From: an uncultured archaeon
GTDB taxonomy: Archaea > Asgardarchaeota > Jordiarchaeia > Jordiarchaeales > Jordiarchaeaceae
Assembly (NCBI GenBank): GCA_964510585.1
Contig: CAZECW010000098.1
Span: forward strand, 4,094-36,093
Length of the DNA: 32,000 nt
Direction: 5' to 3'
Every line of letters begins with the position of its first letter. The stretch's first letter is position 1. The notes below the pieces were generated by a model. The model did not search any database, was not told the origin of the DNA, and saw only the letters and a program-made list of their open reading frames with translations. Made by a program: the position numbers and the translations under genes. Shown here one piece after another: positions 9,303 to 18,404 of the stretch.

Positions 9303-9917
9303 TTGATACATGGAATATACATAATCGAGGCCTGTAGTGGCATATGTTTAGTCTCGCGAAAGTATGGAGATGTGGAAATAGATGATGGGCTTATAAGTGG
9401 TTTCTTAACAGCATTGCAACAGTTCTCCTCAGAGTTATCTATACGGAAGGATCAACCAGCAATCCTTCGCGAAGTGGAAATGAAGAGTTATAACATAATT
9501 TATGAAAAACGGGGAGAAACCACAGTTGTAGCATGTGTTGACAGGGGGGATAACGAGAAGGTTCTCCGTGAGACTTTGGTCAAAATAGCAGACAACTTTC
9601 TTGAGAGATTCGGCAATTACCTTAAGAACTGGCGGGGCGACACTAAACTCTTTAAAGAGTTTTTGCCCTTGATTGATAAATTGACCTTGGATGGTAAGAT
9701 TGCTGAGCTTGCAGTTCCGAAACCACTCCTAAAAAAGAAAATTCCCAAGTCCATTATTAAAATGGGGGTATTTTTGGAGGAGGACGCTTTTAAAGTGGCT
9801 AATTTTTGTGATGGGACAAAATCCAAAGAAGAAATCGCTGAAGAAACTGGTTTTACTGTAGAAAAAGTAGGTGAAATATTGGAAAAACTGGAAAAAATGG
9901 GCTTGATTGAAATGTAG
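9303..9917 (+). CDS. Longin-like domain protein with C-terminal winged helix (Asgard eukaryotic-signature type)
   Basis: Longin-type beta-beta-alpha-beta3-alpha-alpha pattern (IYII..SGICL; LISGFLTALQQFSSEL; W.GD...F) followed by FCDGTKSKEEIAEETG...V.EIL.KL.KMGLI. Confidence 0.75.
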   Translation: MIHGIYIIEACSGICLVSRKYGDVEIDDGLISGFLTALQQFSSELSIRKDQPAILREVEMKSYNIIYEKRGETTVVACVDRGDNEKVLRETLVKIADNFLERFGNYLKNWRGDTKLFKEFLPLIDKLTLDGKIAELAVPKPLLKKKIPKSIIKMGVFLEEDAFKVANFCDGTKSKEEIAEETGFTVEKVGEILEKLEKMGLIEM

Positions 9918-9955
9918 CGTAGACTTCCCATCCTCGGGGAGGCCAATATTTAAGT

Positions 9956-10795
9956 CTACTCGATTTCTTCGTATCGTATGCCATAGTATATAAGGATCAG
10001 TGCAATCATAGCAAGTGCGGGCGCTAATACTATCGATAACAATGTAGACAAGTATGTTTTAATTAGCGCGGCTTGAAGCACTCTGCCCACATAGTAAATT
10101 GTGAAACCGAATCCAAGAAGGAGGGCTCTTTTTCTAATAGTTCCAATTCCCTGCCAAGCCACATAGAAGAATATCAGGGGAATAATGATTGCGTATATTG
10201 CTGCTAAAACATAGTTTAATGCTATGTAAATTATGCCACTGGGCTGGTAAAGAAACCCTACAATTATGGGAATCTGGGAACTAAAGCCAAAGTTTAGGAA
10301 GGTAATAATAGGATCCTCAAGAAAAATGAATTGTGGCACAAAGTAGTTTAACAACTCAATTTCAAAGGAGAAAAGTAGGTTTTCAGGCACTAAGAGTATG
10401 GCAAAAGCGGCGATGAATGGTAATACGGGAATTGCCCTTTGTAATGTTTTATTTTCTAGTAGAGTCAGAACCATACCTAATGTGAGCCAGCCTAAAGCTA
10501 TCCATTCCCAGAAGGAACCTAAACGCCAGAACCAAGGATTAATCAGGAAGTAGCCGAAGAGGGGATCTTTGGAAAGTAGATATACGCTTGGAACCAGATA
10601 GAAGTCGTAAATTAAGAAAAATATTCTGCCAATGGTTAGAGAAAGGAAAAACACACCTAAGCCAAGCAGGAACATGTTTTTTGTCTGTCTCCATTTAAAG
10701 AAGTAGAGATATATAAACAGCAGGAGATAAAGAGAAATGTTGATAAACCATAAACCTAAACCAAGAGAATCCAAAACATATCCTGAAGGTATCAT
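9956..10795 (-). CDS. Polytopic membrane protein (~7-8 hydrophobic segments)
   Basis: Seven to eight hydrophobic stretches counted by eye. ATG 10795 follows GGTG at 6 nt spacing (the track start is GTG 10804). Confidence 0.8.
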   Translation of the reverse strand: MIPSGYVLDSLGLGLWFINISLYLLLFIYLYFFKWRQTKNMFLLGLGVFFLSLTIGRIFFLIYDFYLVPSVYLLSKDPLFGYFLINPWFWRLGSFWEWIALGWLTLGMVLTLLENKTLQRAIPVLPFIAAFAILLVPENLLFSFEIELLNYFVPQFIFLEDPIITFLNFGFSSQIPIIVGFLYQPSGIIYIALNYVLAAIYAIIIPLIFFYVAWQGIGTIRKRALLLGFGFTIYYVGRVLQAALIKTYLSTLLSIVLAPALAMIALILIYYGIRYEEIE

Positions 10796-11123
10796 TACGA
10801 ACACCTTAATGGATCATTTTTTGATCTGTAAATTTTTCATTTTGTTGGTTAAACTCAAAAACACTAATTAAACAGTTTATATGAAAATAATTATCTCTTT
10901 TAATTTATGAAGGTTTTTATATCAAGCAAAATTGCATAACGTGAAATAAGACTCGGAGTTTTTAAAAAGGTATCATAACTGGTCAAGTGTTAAATTAGGT
11001 TTGTTTCCAGAATCACCAAAAACGGCTGAAAATCCACTCTCACTCAAAGAAAAAGGAGAGAAATAAGGAAAAATGGCTAAAACAAATTTAACGCAGTTAA
11101 TAATAAAATGAACTTTATGAGTT

Positions 11124-11942
11124 GTGGGTAAAATGAGACTGGGATACGCGTCGGGATGCTTTTTGGAAAGGCGAAAAGGTTTTGTTATTCCGCGTCCTAT
11201 TCCAGATGAGTTAAAAAATTATTCGGTTGAACTCCAAGTTGGGAGGGGATACGACTATTCCCATTTTAATAATATAGTTTCAATTCACCTTCCTTTTACG
11301 CATTATAAGGAATCAAGAGTGAAGGGCACTAAAGTTTATGAGAAATTGAGAGAGGTGAACATAGCATCACTAAATCAGGAATTCTGGGCGGAAGACCTAG
11401 CAGTCTTTAAAGAACACATCAAAGAGGCTGCTTGTAGAGGAATAAAGTATGCAGTTTTCCACTATGGTAGCTGTAATTGTGGGAGCCGACTTTTGCGTGA
11501 TGAAAAGCATAGAAAACTCCACTGGAACAGAGAAAAAGAGTTTTTGGAAGAGCTTAACCAGTTGGCTAAAAATAGTGGAATCAGGTTGCTGGCCGAAAAT
11601 CATCCCTATGGTGATGGAGTTTTTTTGAGCCACGTTAAACACATTTCTGAGATAGTTGATAACGGTTATGCAGAGATATGCTTAGATTTTCCTCACGCGT
11701 TTTATCGTTCTGTAAAATTCGGCAATGCCAACTTGGATGAGATTATAAACAAGTTCCGGAATAGCATACAAGAAATACACTTGGCGGACAATGATGGATT
11801 AAGCCATGCCCCTCTGGCACTTGATAGAGGAAGCATTGACTGGAGGAAACTGATTCCCCTTTTCAAAAGTTCCCTTTTAGTCATAATTGAGTTGAGAGAA
11901 AACCCTCTTGAATCACTAAAGAAAGCTTTGGAGGTACTATAA
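11124..11942 (+). CDS. Sugar phosphate isomerase/epimerase / AP endonuclease 2-like TIM-barrel protein
   Basis: Metal-ligand strands LLAENHP, CLDFPHA, IHLADN..H and IIELRE; SIHLPF and VFHYG. Confidence 0.82.
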   Translation: MGKMRLGYASGCFLERRKGFVIPRPIPDELKNYSVELQVGRGYDYSHFNNIVSIHLPFTHYKESRVKGTKVYEKLREVNIASLNQEFWAEDLAVFKEHIKEAACRGIKYAVFHYGSCNCGSRLLRDEKHRKLHWNREKEFLEELNQLAKNSGIRLLAENHPYGDGVFLSHVKHISEIVDNGYAEICLDFPHAFYRSVKFGNANLDEIINKFRNSIQEIHLADNDGLSHAPLALDRGSIDWRKLIPLFKSSLLVIIELRENPLESLKKALEVL

Positions 11943-12008
11943 GAATACGGAATGGAGTAAGTATCCAGATTAATAGTTTTTGGAACAGAACCCCTGGCTA
12001 TTTATGTT

Positions 12009-13268
12009 TTACTTTGACATTATTATGGTTATTTTTTGGAACGCTCGATAAAATACATCCGCCACAGAGAAAAATGCTCGTCCCGCTTTACTTATGGGCG
12101 AGCTCTTTTCAGGGTAGCCCCAATCATACAATGGCTTTCTTAGCAGCATTTCTAGTCCCAATGGTATTTCCAGTTTACAGCTTAGCGAAAGTTCAGAGAA
12201 TTTTTGAATCCCCTTCCGCTGCAAATATTCTTCGGGATCATAAAAACTGTCTCTTCTGAGGTCTGAAACCTTTTTCAGTATCTCATTCACGTATAGTTGG
12301 ATTTCTCTCATTTTTTGTAGCATTTCGGAATCAAATAATTTTGTTGACTCACATTTTTTATATAATGATTTTATTTCGTCGGGAACTTTTTCAATGGGAG
12401 TTCTCCAAAGTATTTTTTCAAGCTTTGAGATTAGGCTTTTCTGCTTAGAATCTTTGCTCTTTCTTTTAAGCTTTGTTAAAATGGAGTCCAAATAAACTAC
12501 GCGTTCAAGGTAACCCTCAAAATCAATATCTAAATTGTCCTTAAATTCTTGGGGTTTAATCAAATAGAACATGTAAAGTTCACGAGTTTCCTCCTCCGCC
12601 CCCGCCTTTTTGAAAAATTCTTTGGCCGTCTGGTACAAATTGGTCAATATTTTGGATTTACTCAAGAACGAATAGATGTTTCTCTTTAATTCGTTGTATG
12701 CCTTGAGCTCCTTATTCCTAATCAAGCCCACCGCATGATCTCCTGGTTTAAAGTAGAATGAGTAGTTTTCAAGTGCCTTCTCAAGAGAATCATATACTCC
12801 CAGATAATCTTTAAACAGTGCGGGGTAACCATGAGCTGCGGTATTAAAACTGTAGTAAGCCCTTTTACCCTTCTGGGAGGGATAGGACAAAATGATGATT
12901 CTTTCCAAATCTCCAGGATGATGCACTGATGAGGGGGCAATGACAAAGCCTTTACTATAGGCCATTAAAACATATATGGTGTATCTCTCCTCGTCCTTTT
13001 TCAATCCGGGTAGCTTAAATATGAAACCAATTTTTTCTACAAGGGCTTCTTCCTGTTTCATCCATTCCTGTGATAATAAATAGTAGGCCTTCCTGTCAAT
13101 TTCTTTGGAGAAGTACTGGAAGATTCCCTTAATGTCTCTACTTTTCGCTAGGGATTCCATCTTTTCAAGGATGGATTCTACTGATTTTGAGAATTTTTTG
13201 GAAACATACTCTAGACTCTTTTTCTCGTATATTTCGTCCTTCCTAGACATATAGACTTTAACTTTCAT
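12009..13268 (-). CDS. Hypothetical protein with Vps62/NPP1-like HxGDxE motif
   Basis: 419-aa ATG ORF containing YTIYVLMAY...HHPGDLERIIIL...YYSFNTAAHG. The ORF itself is solid; the family call is tentative. Confidence 0.7.
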   Translation of the reverse strand: MKVKVYMSRKDEIYEKKSLEYVSKKFSKSVESILEKMESLAKSRDIKGIFQYFSKEIDRKAYYLLSQEWMKQEEALVEKIGFIFKLPGLKKDEERYTIYVLMAYSKGFVIAPSSVHHPGDLERIIILSYPSQKGKRAYYSFNTAAHGYPALFKDYLGVYDSLEKALENYSFYFKPGDHAVGLIRNKELKAYNELKRNIYSFLSKSKILTNLYQTAKEFFKKAGAEEETRELYMFYLIKPQEFKDNLDIDFEGYLERVVYLDSILTKLKRKSKDSKQKSLISKLEKILWRTPIEKVPDEIKSLYKKCESTKLFDSEMLQKMREIQLYVNEILKKVSDLRRDSFYDPEEYLQRKGIQKFSELSLSCKLEIPLGLEMLLRKPLYDWGYPEKSSPISKAGRAFFSVADVFYRAFQKITIIMSK

Positions 13269-13525
13269 ATGCTGTAAACCCTTCGATCTAACTAGTGAAG
13301 TTTACGGTCTGAATATTCAGCTATAGAGAACCTTAACCTAGTGTATAGAATTACTCTGTGGAATTATAAAGATAACTTATTAAAAAACTATATTTGCGAC
13401 TATTATTAAAAAGTTTTAAATAATATGCTGTTTCAAACACTCTTCAACTAGAGAGGAAATAAAAAAGATATTGAAAATATGGAGGAAGCTAAGAAGAATG
13501 TAATTTAGTAATGGAGGCTTATTTG

Positions 13526-14101
13526 ATGAAACTGGAAGTAACGCTATTCGAAAAGGCAGGAATGCAAAATACGGAGGAAACGCTCAAAATCGCGAAAAAA
13601 TTTGCCGAGGAAAACAATATTAGAGATATAGTTATTGCCAGCTCCACAGGAGAAACTGCAATTAAAGCTACACAAATTTTCGACTTGAATAAATTTAACA
13701 TCGTGGTAGTCACCCATGCTTATGGTTTTGTGAAACCGGGATACCAAGAAATGCCTGACGAGACAAGAAAGAAGCTGACAGATAAAGGCATAAAGGTATT
13801 TACAGCGGGCCACGCACTCGCAGGGGCGGAAAGAGCCTTCAGAAAGAGTTTAAACATGTGGTTACCCGTGGAACTAATTGCTCGGTTCCTAAGATCCACA
13901 GTTTGCGACGGTTTCAAAGTATGCATAGAAATCTCCGCTATGGCTGCTGACGCCGGACTTGTTCCAGTAGACAAAGACGTAATAGCTATTGGGGGAACAG
14001 GTAAAGGCAGTGACACAGCAGTGCTACTCAGACCCGCCTACTCCTCAGACCTCCTCGACACAAAGGTGAGAGCAATACTCTGCAAACCGAGAGACTTCTA
14101 A
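13526..14101 (+). CDS. Pyruvate kinase C-terminal (alpha/beta) domain-like protein, archaeal MTH1675-like family
   Basis: FEKAGMQNTEETL, IVIASSTGETA, VVVTHAYGF, GFKVCIEISAMAADAG and IAIGGTGKGSDTA. GGAGG at 13513 supports ATG 13526. Confidence 0.85.
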   Translation: MKLEVTLFEKAGMQNTEETLKIAKKFAEENNIRDIVIASSTGETAIKATQIFDLNKFNIVVVTHAYGFVKPGYQEMPDETRKKLTDKGIKVFTAGHALAGAERAFRKSLNMWLPVELIARFLRSTVCDGFKVCIEISAMAADAGLVPVDKDVIAIGGTGKGSDTAVLLRPAYSSDLLDTKVRAILCKPRDF

Positions 14102-14130
14102 CCAAAGCCGCCATCATTTAGGGGTTACTT

Positions 14131-14973
14131 CTACTCTTTAAAGAACTCTTTTATCGGTCTTCTGCAGCTCGGACACCTTTCATCCTTTTTGAAATGCTCC
14201 ATTAGCTCTTCTCGGCAAGCACTTTCGAAACAGTAGGGACACATGACCTGATCATCGTTTTCAGTGAGGATTCTTCCACAGAGCATGCACCTAGTGATTT
14301 CTTCTTCCATCTCCCCCTCGTAGCTGAAATCGGCTTCCGAAGTTGGAAGATTGGGAGCTCCAATCTCATAGACGCCCTGCTCAATTATCATGTTCCTAAT
14401 TTGTATTTGGACCTCCTTGGGCGTGTGGCTTGCTATGTCCAAAAGTTTGTCCGCTTCTTCTTTTAGAATTGCTGCGTTAGATTTGGAAGCTACAATCTTC
14501 CAGACCTCCCTTAGGAGAGGGAGATTTCCAAGCAGTGGGCTGTAGAGCATGTTGGCAGACTCGTATGTACGACCGTCTTCAAAGTACTTATTTACAGCAT
14601 CTTTAAACATGCCCATTCTTAGAAACTGGATTATGGGATTACTATTTGGCCCCCCTTCCTTCTCGTACTGTTCAATTATCTTGAACACTTGGCGGGTTCT
14701 AAAAATACTATATATCATACTGCCCAATATACAGAAGAGAAACACAAAATCAAAAAGGAGATAAGAATAACTTGGCGTGGGCGGAACATAGGTATTGAAG
14801 TAAACGAAATAGAATAGGGAAGTAAGGTAAAGCATGATTTGTTCCCATGTGCCTGTGGCGAAGTATGAAGCTATCTGCCAAATAAAGTATGCGGATATTA
14901 TGCAGGTGATTAGACAGATTATCAACAATCTTCTTTTTAGTTTGTACTTAATTATTTCAGCCAAAGAAGCCAC
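14131..14973 (-). CDS. Membrane-anchored protein with C-terminal RING-like zinc finger
   Basis: Two to three N-terminal hydrophobic segments; C-terminal CMLC-x12-CPYC-x4-C-x13-CPSC. Confidence 0.75.
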   Translation of the reverse strand: MASLAEIIKYKLKRRLLIICLITCIISAYFIWQIASYFATGTWEQIMLYLTSLFYFVYFNTYVPPTPSYSYLLFDFVFLFCILGSMIYSIFRTRQVFKIIEQYEKEGGPNSNPIIQFLRMGMFKDAVNKYFEDGRTYESANMLYSPLLGNLPLLREVWKIVASKSNAAILKEEADKLLDIASHTPKEVQIQIRNMIIEQGVYEIGAPNLPTSEADFSYEGEMEEEITRCMLCGRILTENDDQVMCPYCFESACREELMEHFKKDERCPSCRRPIKEFFKE

Positions 14974-15437
14974 CTACTCACGTAAATATATTCCTTTACA
15001 CCAATTTAAAGAGTTTCAATCTGACAATGGGCTTCATTATTTTATTTTTTACCCCAATTTGAACATGCACATTCTTAAAAACCTTAGCATTGGAATAATA
15101 AGGAACATAGATTCGTCGTCCTCAAGACAGCCATAATTGGAAAAGAAGGTCTTTAAAAGCTCCTTCGGCAGTTGAAAAGCAGAGGAAAACTAAGTAGCCA
15201 GACGATTTATATTAGGGATATAGTATAATGTTTCATAAATACTTTTAAAGAGACATTTTTAAATGTTAAAACTTTAATTTTGAAACCCTACTTCGAATGG
15301 TCCTCCCCATAAAAAAAATTACTTTGATTCATAAATAATTTAGAAAAATATATATACTAGTAATTATACCTTAATGCATCTCATTCAGCAACTAAAAAAC
15401 GGTACCTACAAAACAAGATATAGCATAGTTCAAGGGG

Positions 15438-16946
15438 GTGAGCCCCATTACAAACAACACCACCAAAACATATGAGGAGATAAATGAGAAAATCAAGCAC
15501 GGGGATGCAGTAGTAGTAACAGCCGAAGAAATGGTAAAAATAGTAGAAGAACAGGGCGAGAAAAAAGCCGCGAAAGAAATCGACGTAGTAACAACAGGAA
15601 CAATGGGTGCGATGTGCTCAAGTGGGGCTTTTCTAAACTTTGGACACAGTGATCCACCCATTAAAATGGAGCAATTATGGTTGAATGATGTCGAAGCCTA
15701 CCATGGCAACGCAGCGGTGGACTGTTACATTGGAGCCACAAAAATGAGCACCATTAAGCCCTTTAAGTATGGGGGTGGGCATGTTATAGAGGATTTGGTG
15801 AGTGGAAAAGAGATAACGCTGAGAGCTAGAGCTTACGGTACGGATTGTTACCCTAGGACAAGCCTTGAAACCACTTTTACAATAGAGGATCTAAACCAGG
15901 CGATTCTCTGTAATCCCAGAAACGCTTATCAAAGATATAACGCTGCTACTAATGGGCGTGACGAAACAATTTACACCTATATGGGTAAACTTTTGGCGAA
16001 TTATGGTAATGTTACATATTCTGGTTCCGGCTGTTTGAGTCCCCTTTATAATGATCCAGATTATGAAACAATAGGTATTGGAACTAGAATATTTCTGGGC
16101 GGCGGGGTGGGTTACGTGATTGGGGAAGGAACCCAACATAACCCCAGAAACCATTTTGGAACCATAATGGTTAAGGGAGACCTGAAACAGATGAGCCCCG
16201 AGTATCTCAAAGGAGCCGCCTTCACCAAGTATGGTACGACCTTGTATGTGGGGTTAGGTATTCCGATACCTATACTGAACGAGGGGCTAGCCAGAAAAAC
16301 AGCTATAAGTGATGCGGACATAACTACGGAAGTTGTAGATTATGGGGTTCCCAGAAGAGATAGGCCTTCCCTCAGAAAAGTCACGTATCAAGAACTTAAA
16401 TCGGGAAGAATTGAACTTAACGGAAAAACAGTTAAGGTCTCCTCGCTCTCCAGCCTAAAAATGGCAAGAAGGGTGGCTCAAACCTTGAAAAAGTGGATAG
16501 AGGAAGGAAGATTCTTTTTAAGTAAACCAGTTGAAACGCTCCCAACAACTAGTGAAGTTAAACCCATGAAAATTACGAAGGAGATCCAGTATGTTAGGAG
16601 TATAATGATTCCTGCAGTGACAACGACCACGGAGGCCAGCATCCACGAAGTAGCCAAACTAATCGTAGAAAAGAACGTCAACCACATAGTCGTGGTAGAC
16701 AACAATAAAATCCTTAAAGGAATAGTCACTTCCTTCGACATCACCCGGGCCGTGGCAAACAATAAAGAAAAACTAGAAGAAATAGTGGTCAGAAGAGTTT
16801 ACACAGCAAAGCCAGACGACCCACTGGACGCAGTGGTAAAAGAACTGGAAACCCATAAGATTTCTGCACTACCAGTAATAGATGAGAAAAAGAAAGTTTT
16901 AGGAATAGTCACCAGCGAAGAAATATCCAAACTGGTGGCCAGGTAA
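15438..16946 (+). CDS. Homocysteine biosynthesis protein (DUF39 + 2 CBS; L-aspartate semialdehyde sulfurtransferase, MJ0100/MA1821 family)
   Basis: VVTAEEM, DVVTTGTMGAMCSSGAFLNFGH, YGGGHVIEDL, YGTDCYPR, NPRNAYQ, GTRIFLGG..GYV.GEGTQH and a C-terminal CBS pair. Confidence 0.92.
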   Translation: MSPITNNTTKTYEEINEKIKHGDAVVVTAEEMVKIVEEQGEKKAAKEIDVVTTGTMGAMCSSGAFLNFGHSDPPIKMEQLWLNDVEAYHGNAAVDCYIGATKMSTIKPFKYGGGHVIEDLVSGKEITLRARAYGTDCYPRTSLETTFTIEDLNQAILCNPRNAYQRYNAATNGRDETIYTYMGKLLANYGNVTYSGSGCLSPLYNDPDYETIGIGTRIFLGGGVGYVIGEGTQHNPRNHFGTIMVKGDLKQMSPEYLKGAAFTKYGTTLYVGLGIPIPILNEGLARKTAISDADITTEVVDYGVPRRDRPSLRKVTYQELKSGRIELNGKTVKVSSLSSLKMARRVAQTLKKWIEEGRFFLSKPVETLPTTSEVKPMKITKEIQYVRSIMIPAVTTTTEASIHEVAKLIVEKNVNHIVVVDNNKILKGIVTSFDITRAVANNKEKLEEIVVRRVYTAKPDDPLDAVVKELETHKISALPVIDEKKKVLGIVTSEEISKLVAR

Positions 16947-16956
16947 GGTGGAAAAA

Positions 16957-17340
16957 ATGAAGATAATGATAATATTTGGTTCCGATAGGGTAGGAGAGCC
17001 CATCACTGCAGATGTAATTCTAGAAAAAAAGGTGCCCTTCAATATTCTAACCGCCAAAATCGATAAAAAAGGCGGTGAAATGCTCATAGAGGCACCAGAC
17101 GACAAAGCAGAGGAACTAATACAAGCGTTCAGAAGCAGAGGAATAAGGGTTGAAACCCGAAAATTTGTAGAAATACTCCCCCACAAGTGTATACACTGTG
17201 GCCAATGTTATTCAATCTGCCCCGTAGACGCAATAATATATGAGGATGATAAATCCATAACCCTAAAACAGGAGAACTGCATCGGCTGCCTACAATGCAT
17301 CGACGCATGTCCCCTAGAGGCTATAACCAAGGTAAGCTGA
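16957..17340 (+). CDS. NIL-domain 2x[4Fe-4S] ferredoxin (MJ0099/MA1822-like partner)
   Basis: EPIT...PFNILTA.ID..GGEMLIE (NIL domain), CIHCGQCYSICP and CIGCLQCIDACP. Begins 10 nt after the DUF39 stop with a GGTGG SD (the track start is 16948). Confidence 0.9.
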   Translation: MKIMIIFGSDRVGEPITADVILEKKVPFNILTAKIDKKGGEMLIEAPDDKAEELIQAFRSRGIRVETRKFVEILPHKCIHCGQCYSICPVDAIIYEDDKSITLKQENCIGCLQCIDACPLEAITKVS

Positions 17341-17456
17341 AAAGGCCTTCAGTAAACGCTTAACCCCCCAAATTTTTTCCGACTCCTTTTTAGAGTAAAA
17401 GTCTAAATATACCTTCTTGATTACATATACTTGTTAAAAATTTTGGGGATGTATTC

Positions 17457-18077
17457 ATGGTTATTGAAGGGGAAGAAATTATAAACTCTGCAATGGAAGC
17501 TACAAAACTGGTGGATAAGAACCTTAATGAGTTAAAGGTGATAATTCAAAACTTCACTGTCAAACTGAATGAGAAAGACCAAGAAATAAGGGTTAGGGAG
17601 GCAAAAATCCAAGAATTAGAAAACGCTAGGAGGGAGAAGGAGGCTCAGATAGAAAAACTTGTCAAGGAACTGGAAATTTCCAAGGAAAAGGTCTCCAAGA
17701 GCGAAGATGAAATTAGAAAGTTGGAAAAGAGCAACATGGAAATGAAACAGGAACTGCAGGGAATCCAAGAACAATTTTCAAAAATAAGCGAAATGTACCG
17801 CGAATTATCCAAAAAGAAAGACGAAGCCATAGGCATAAGAGAACTACTAACAATATATGTCACCCTACTGGAACAGGTTTTCGCAGGAATGCCTCACGCC
17901 AAAATACTCTGGCTACTCCACGGCGCAAAAAACACACTGAAGCGGGAGGAACTCGTAAAAACCTCGGGGGTCCAACCAGCAGTCATCCTAAAAAGCATAT
18001 ACGACCTACAAAATGCAAACTTAGTCACCTACGACATGAACTCCCAAAACGTAACACTAATCAAAAAATTGTACTAA
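17457..18077 (+). CDS. Coiled-coil protein with C-terminal winged-helix-like domain
   Basis: About 110 aa of continuous E/K heptads, then PHAKILWLLHG..LKREELVKTSGVQPAVILKSIYDLQNANLV. Confidence 0.75.
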   Translation: MVIEGEEIINSAMEATKLVDKNLNELKVIIQNFTVKLNEKDQEIRVREAKIQELENARREKEAQIEKLVKELEISKEKVSKSEDEIRKLEKSNMEMKQELQGIQEQFSKISEMYRELSKKKDEAIGIRELLTIYVTLLEQVFAGMPHAKILWLLHGAKNTLKREELVKTSGVQPAVILKSIYDLQNANLVTYDMNSQNVTLIKKLY

Positions 18078-18404
18078 ACCAAATGGAAAAGGAGAAAAAC
18101 GAATTAAGGTTAAATCCCAAAACTATACATTAATGATTACAACTGATATCGTAAGTTAGGCCTATTTCTACTTCCCCTCCAAATTTTTATTCTTCACAAA
18201 TCGAAGGGCCCTTAATGCTTAAAGTGGTTTTGGAAGCCATTCAGGTTAATTGAAGCCATCTTTAGACAGTTATAATGATTTTTTGAATTTTAAGATTACG
18301 GGAAAAAATATTGCGGGGAGTCCTAATCTTTCCGTTTAATTTAAATTCGGGAACAGAATACCGTAGCGAAGAATAGTTAAAACTTTTTGATGAGGTGCAA
18401 AAAT

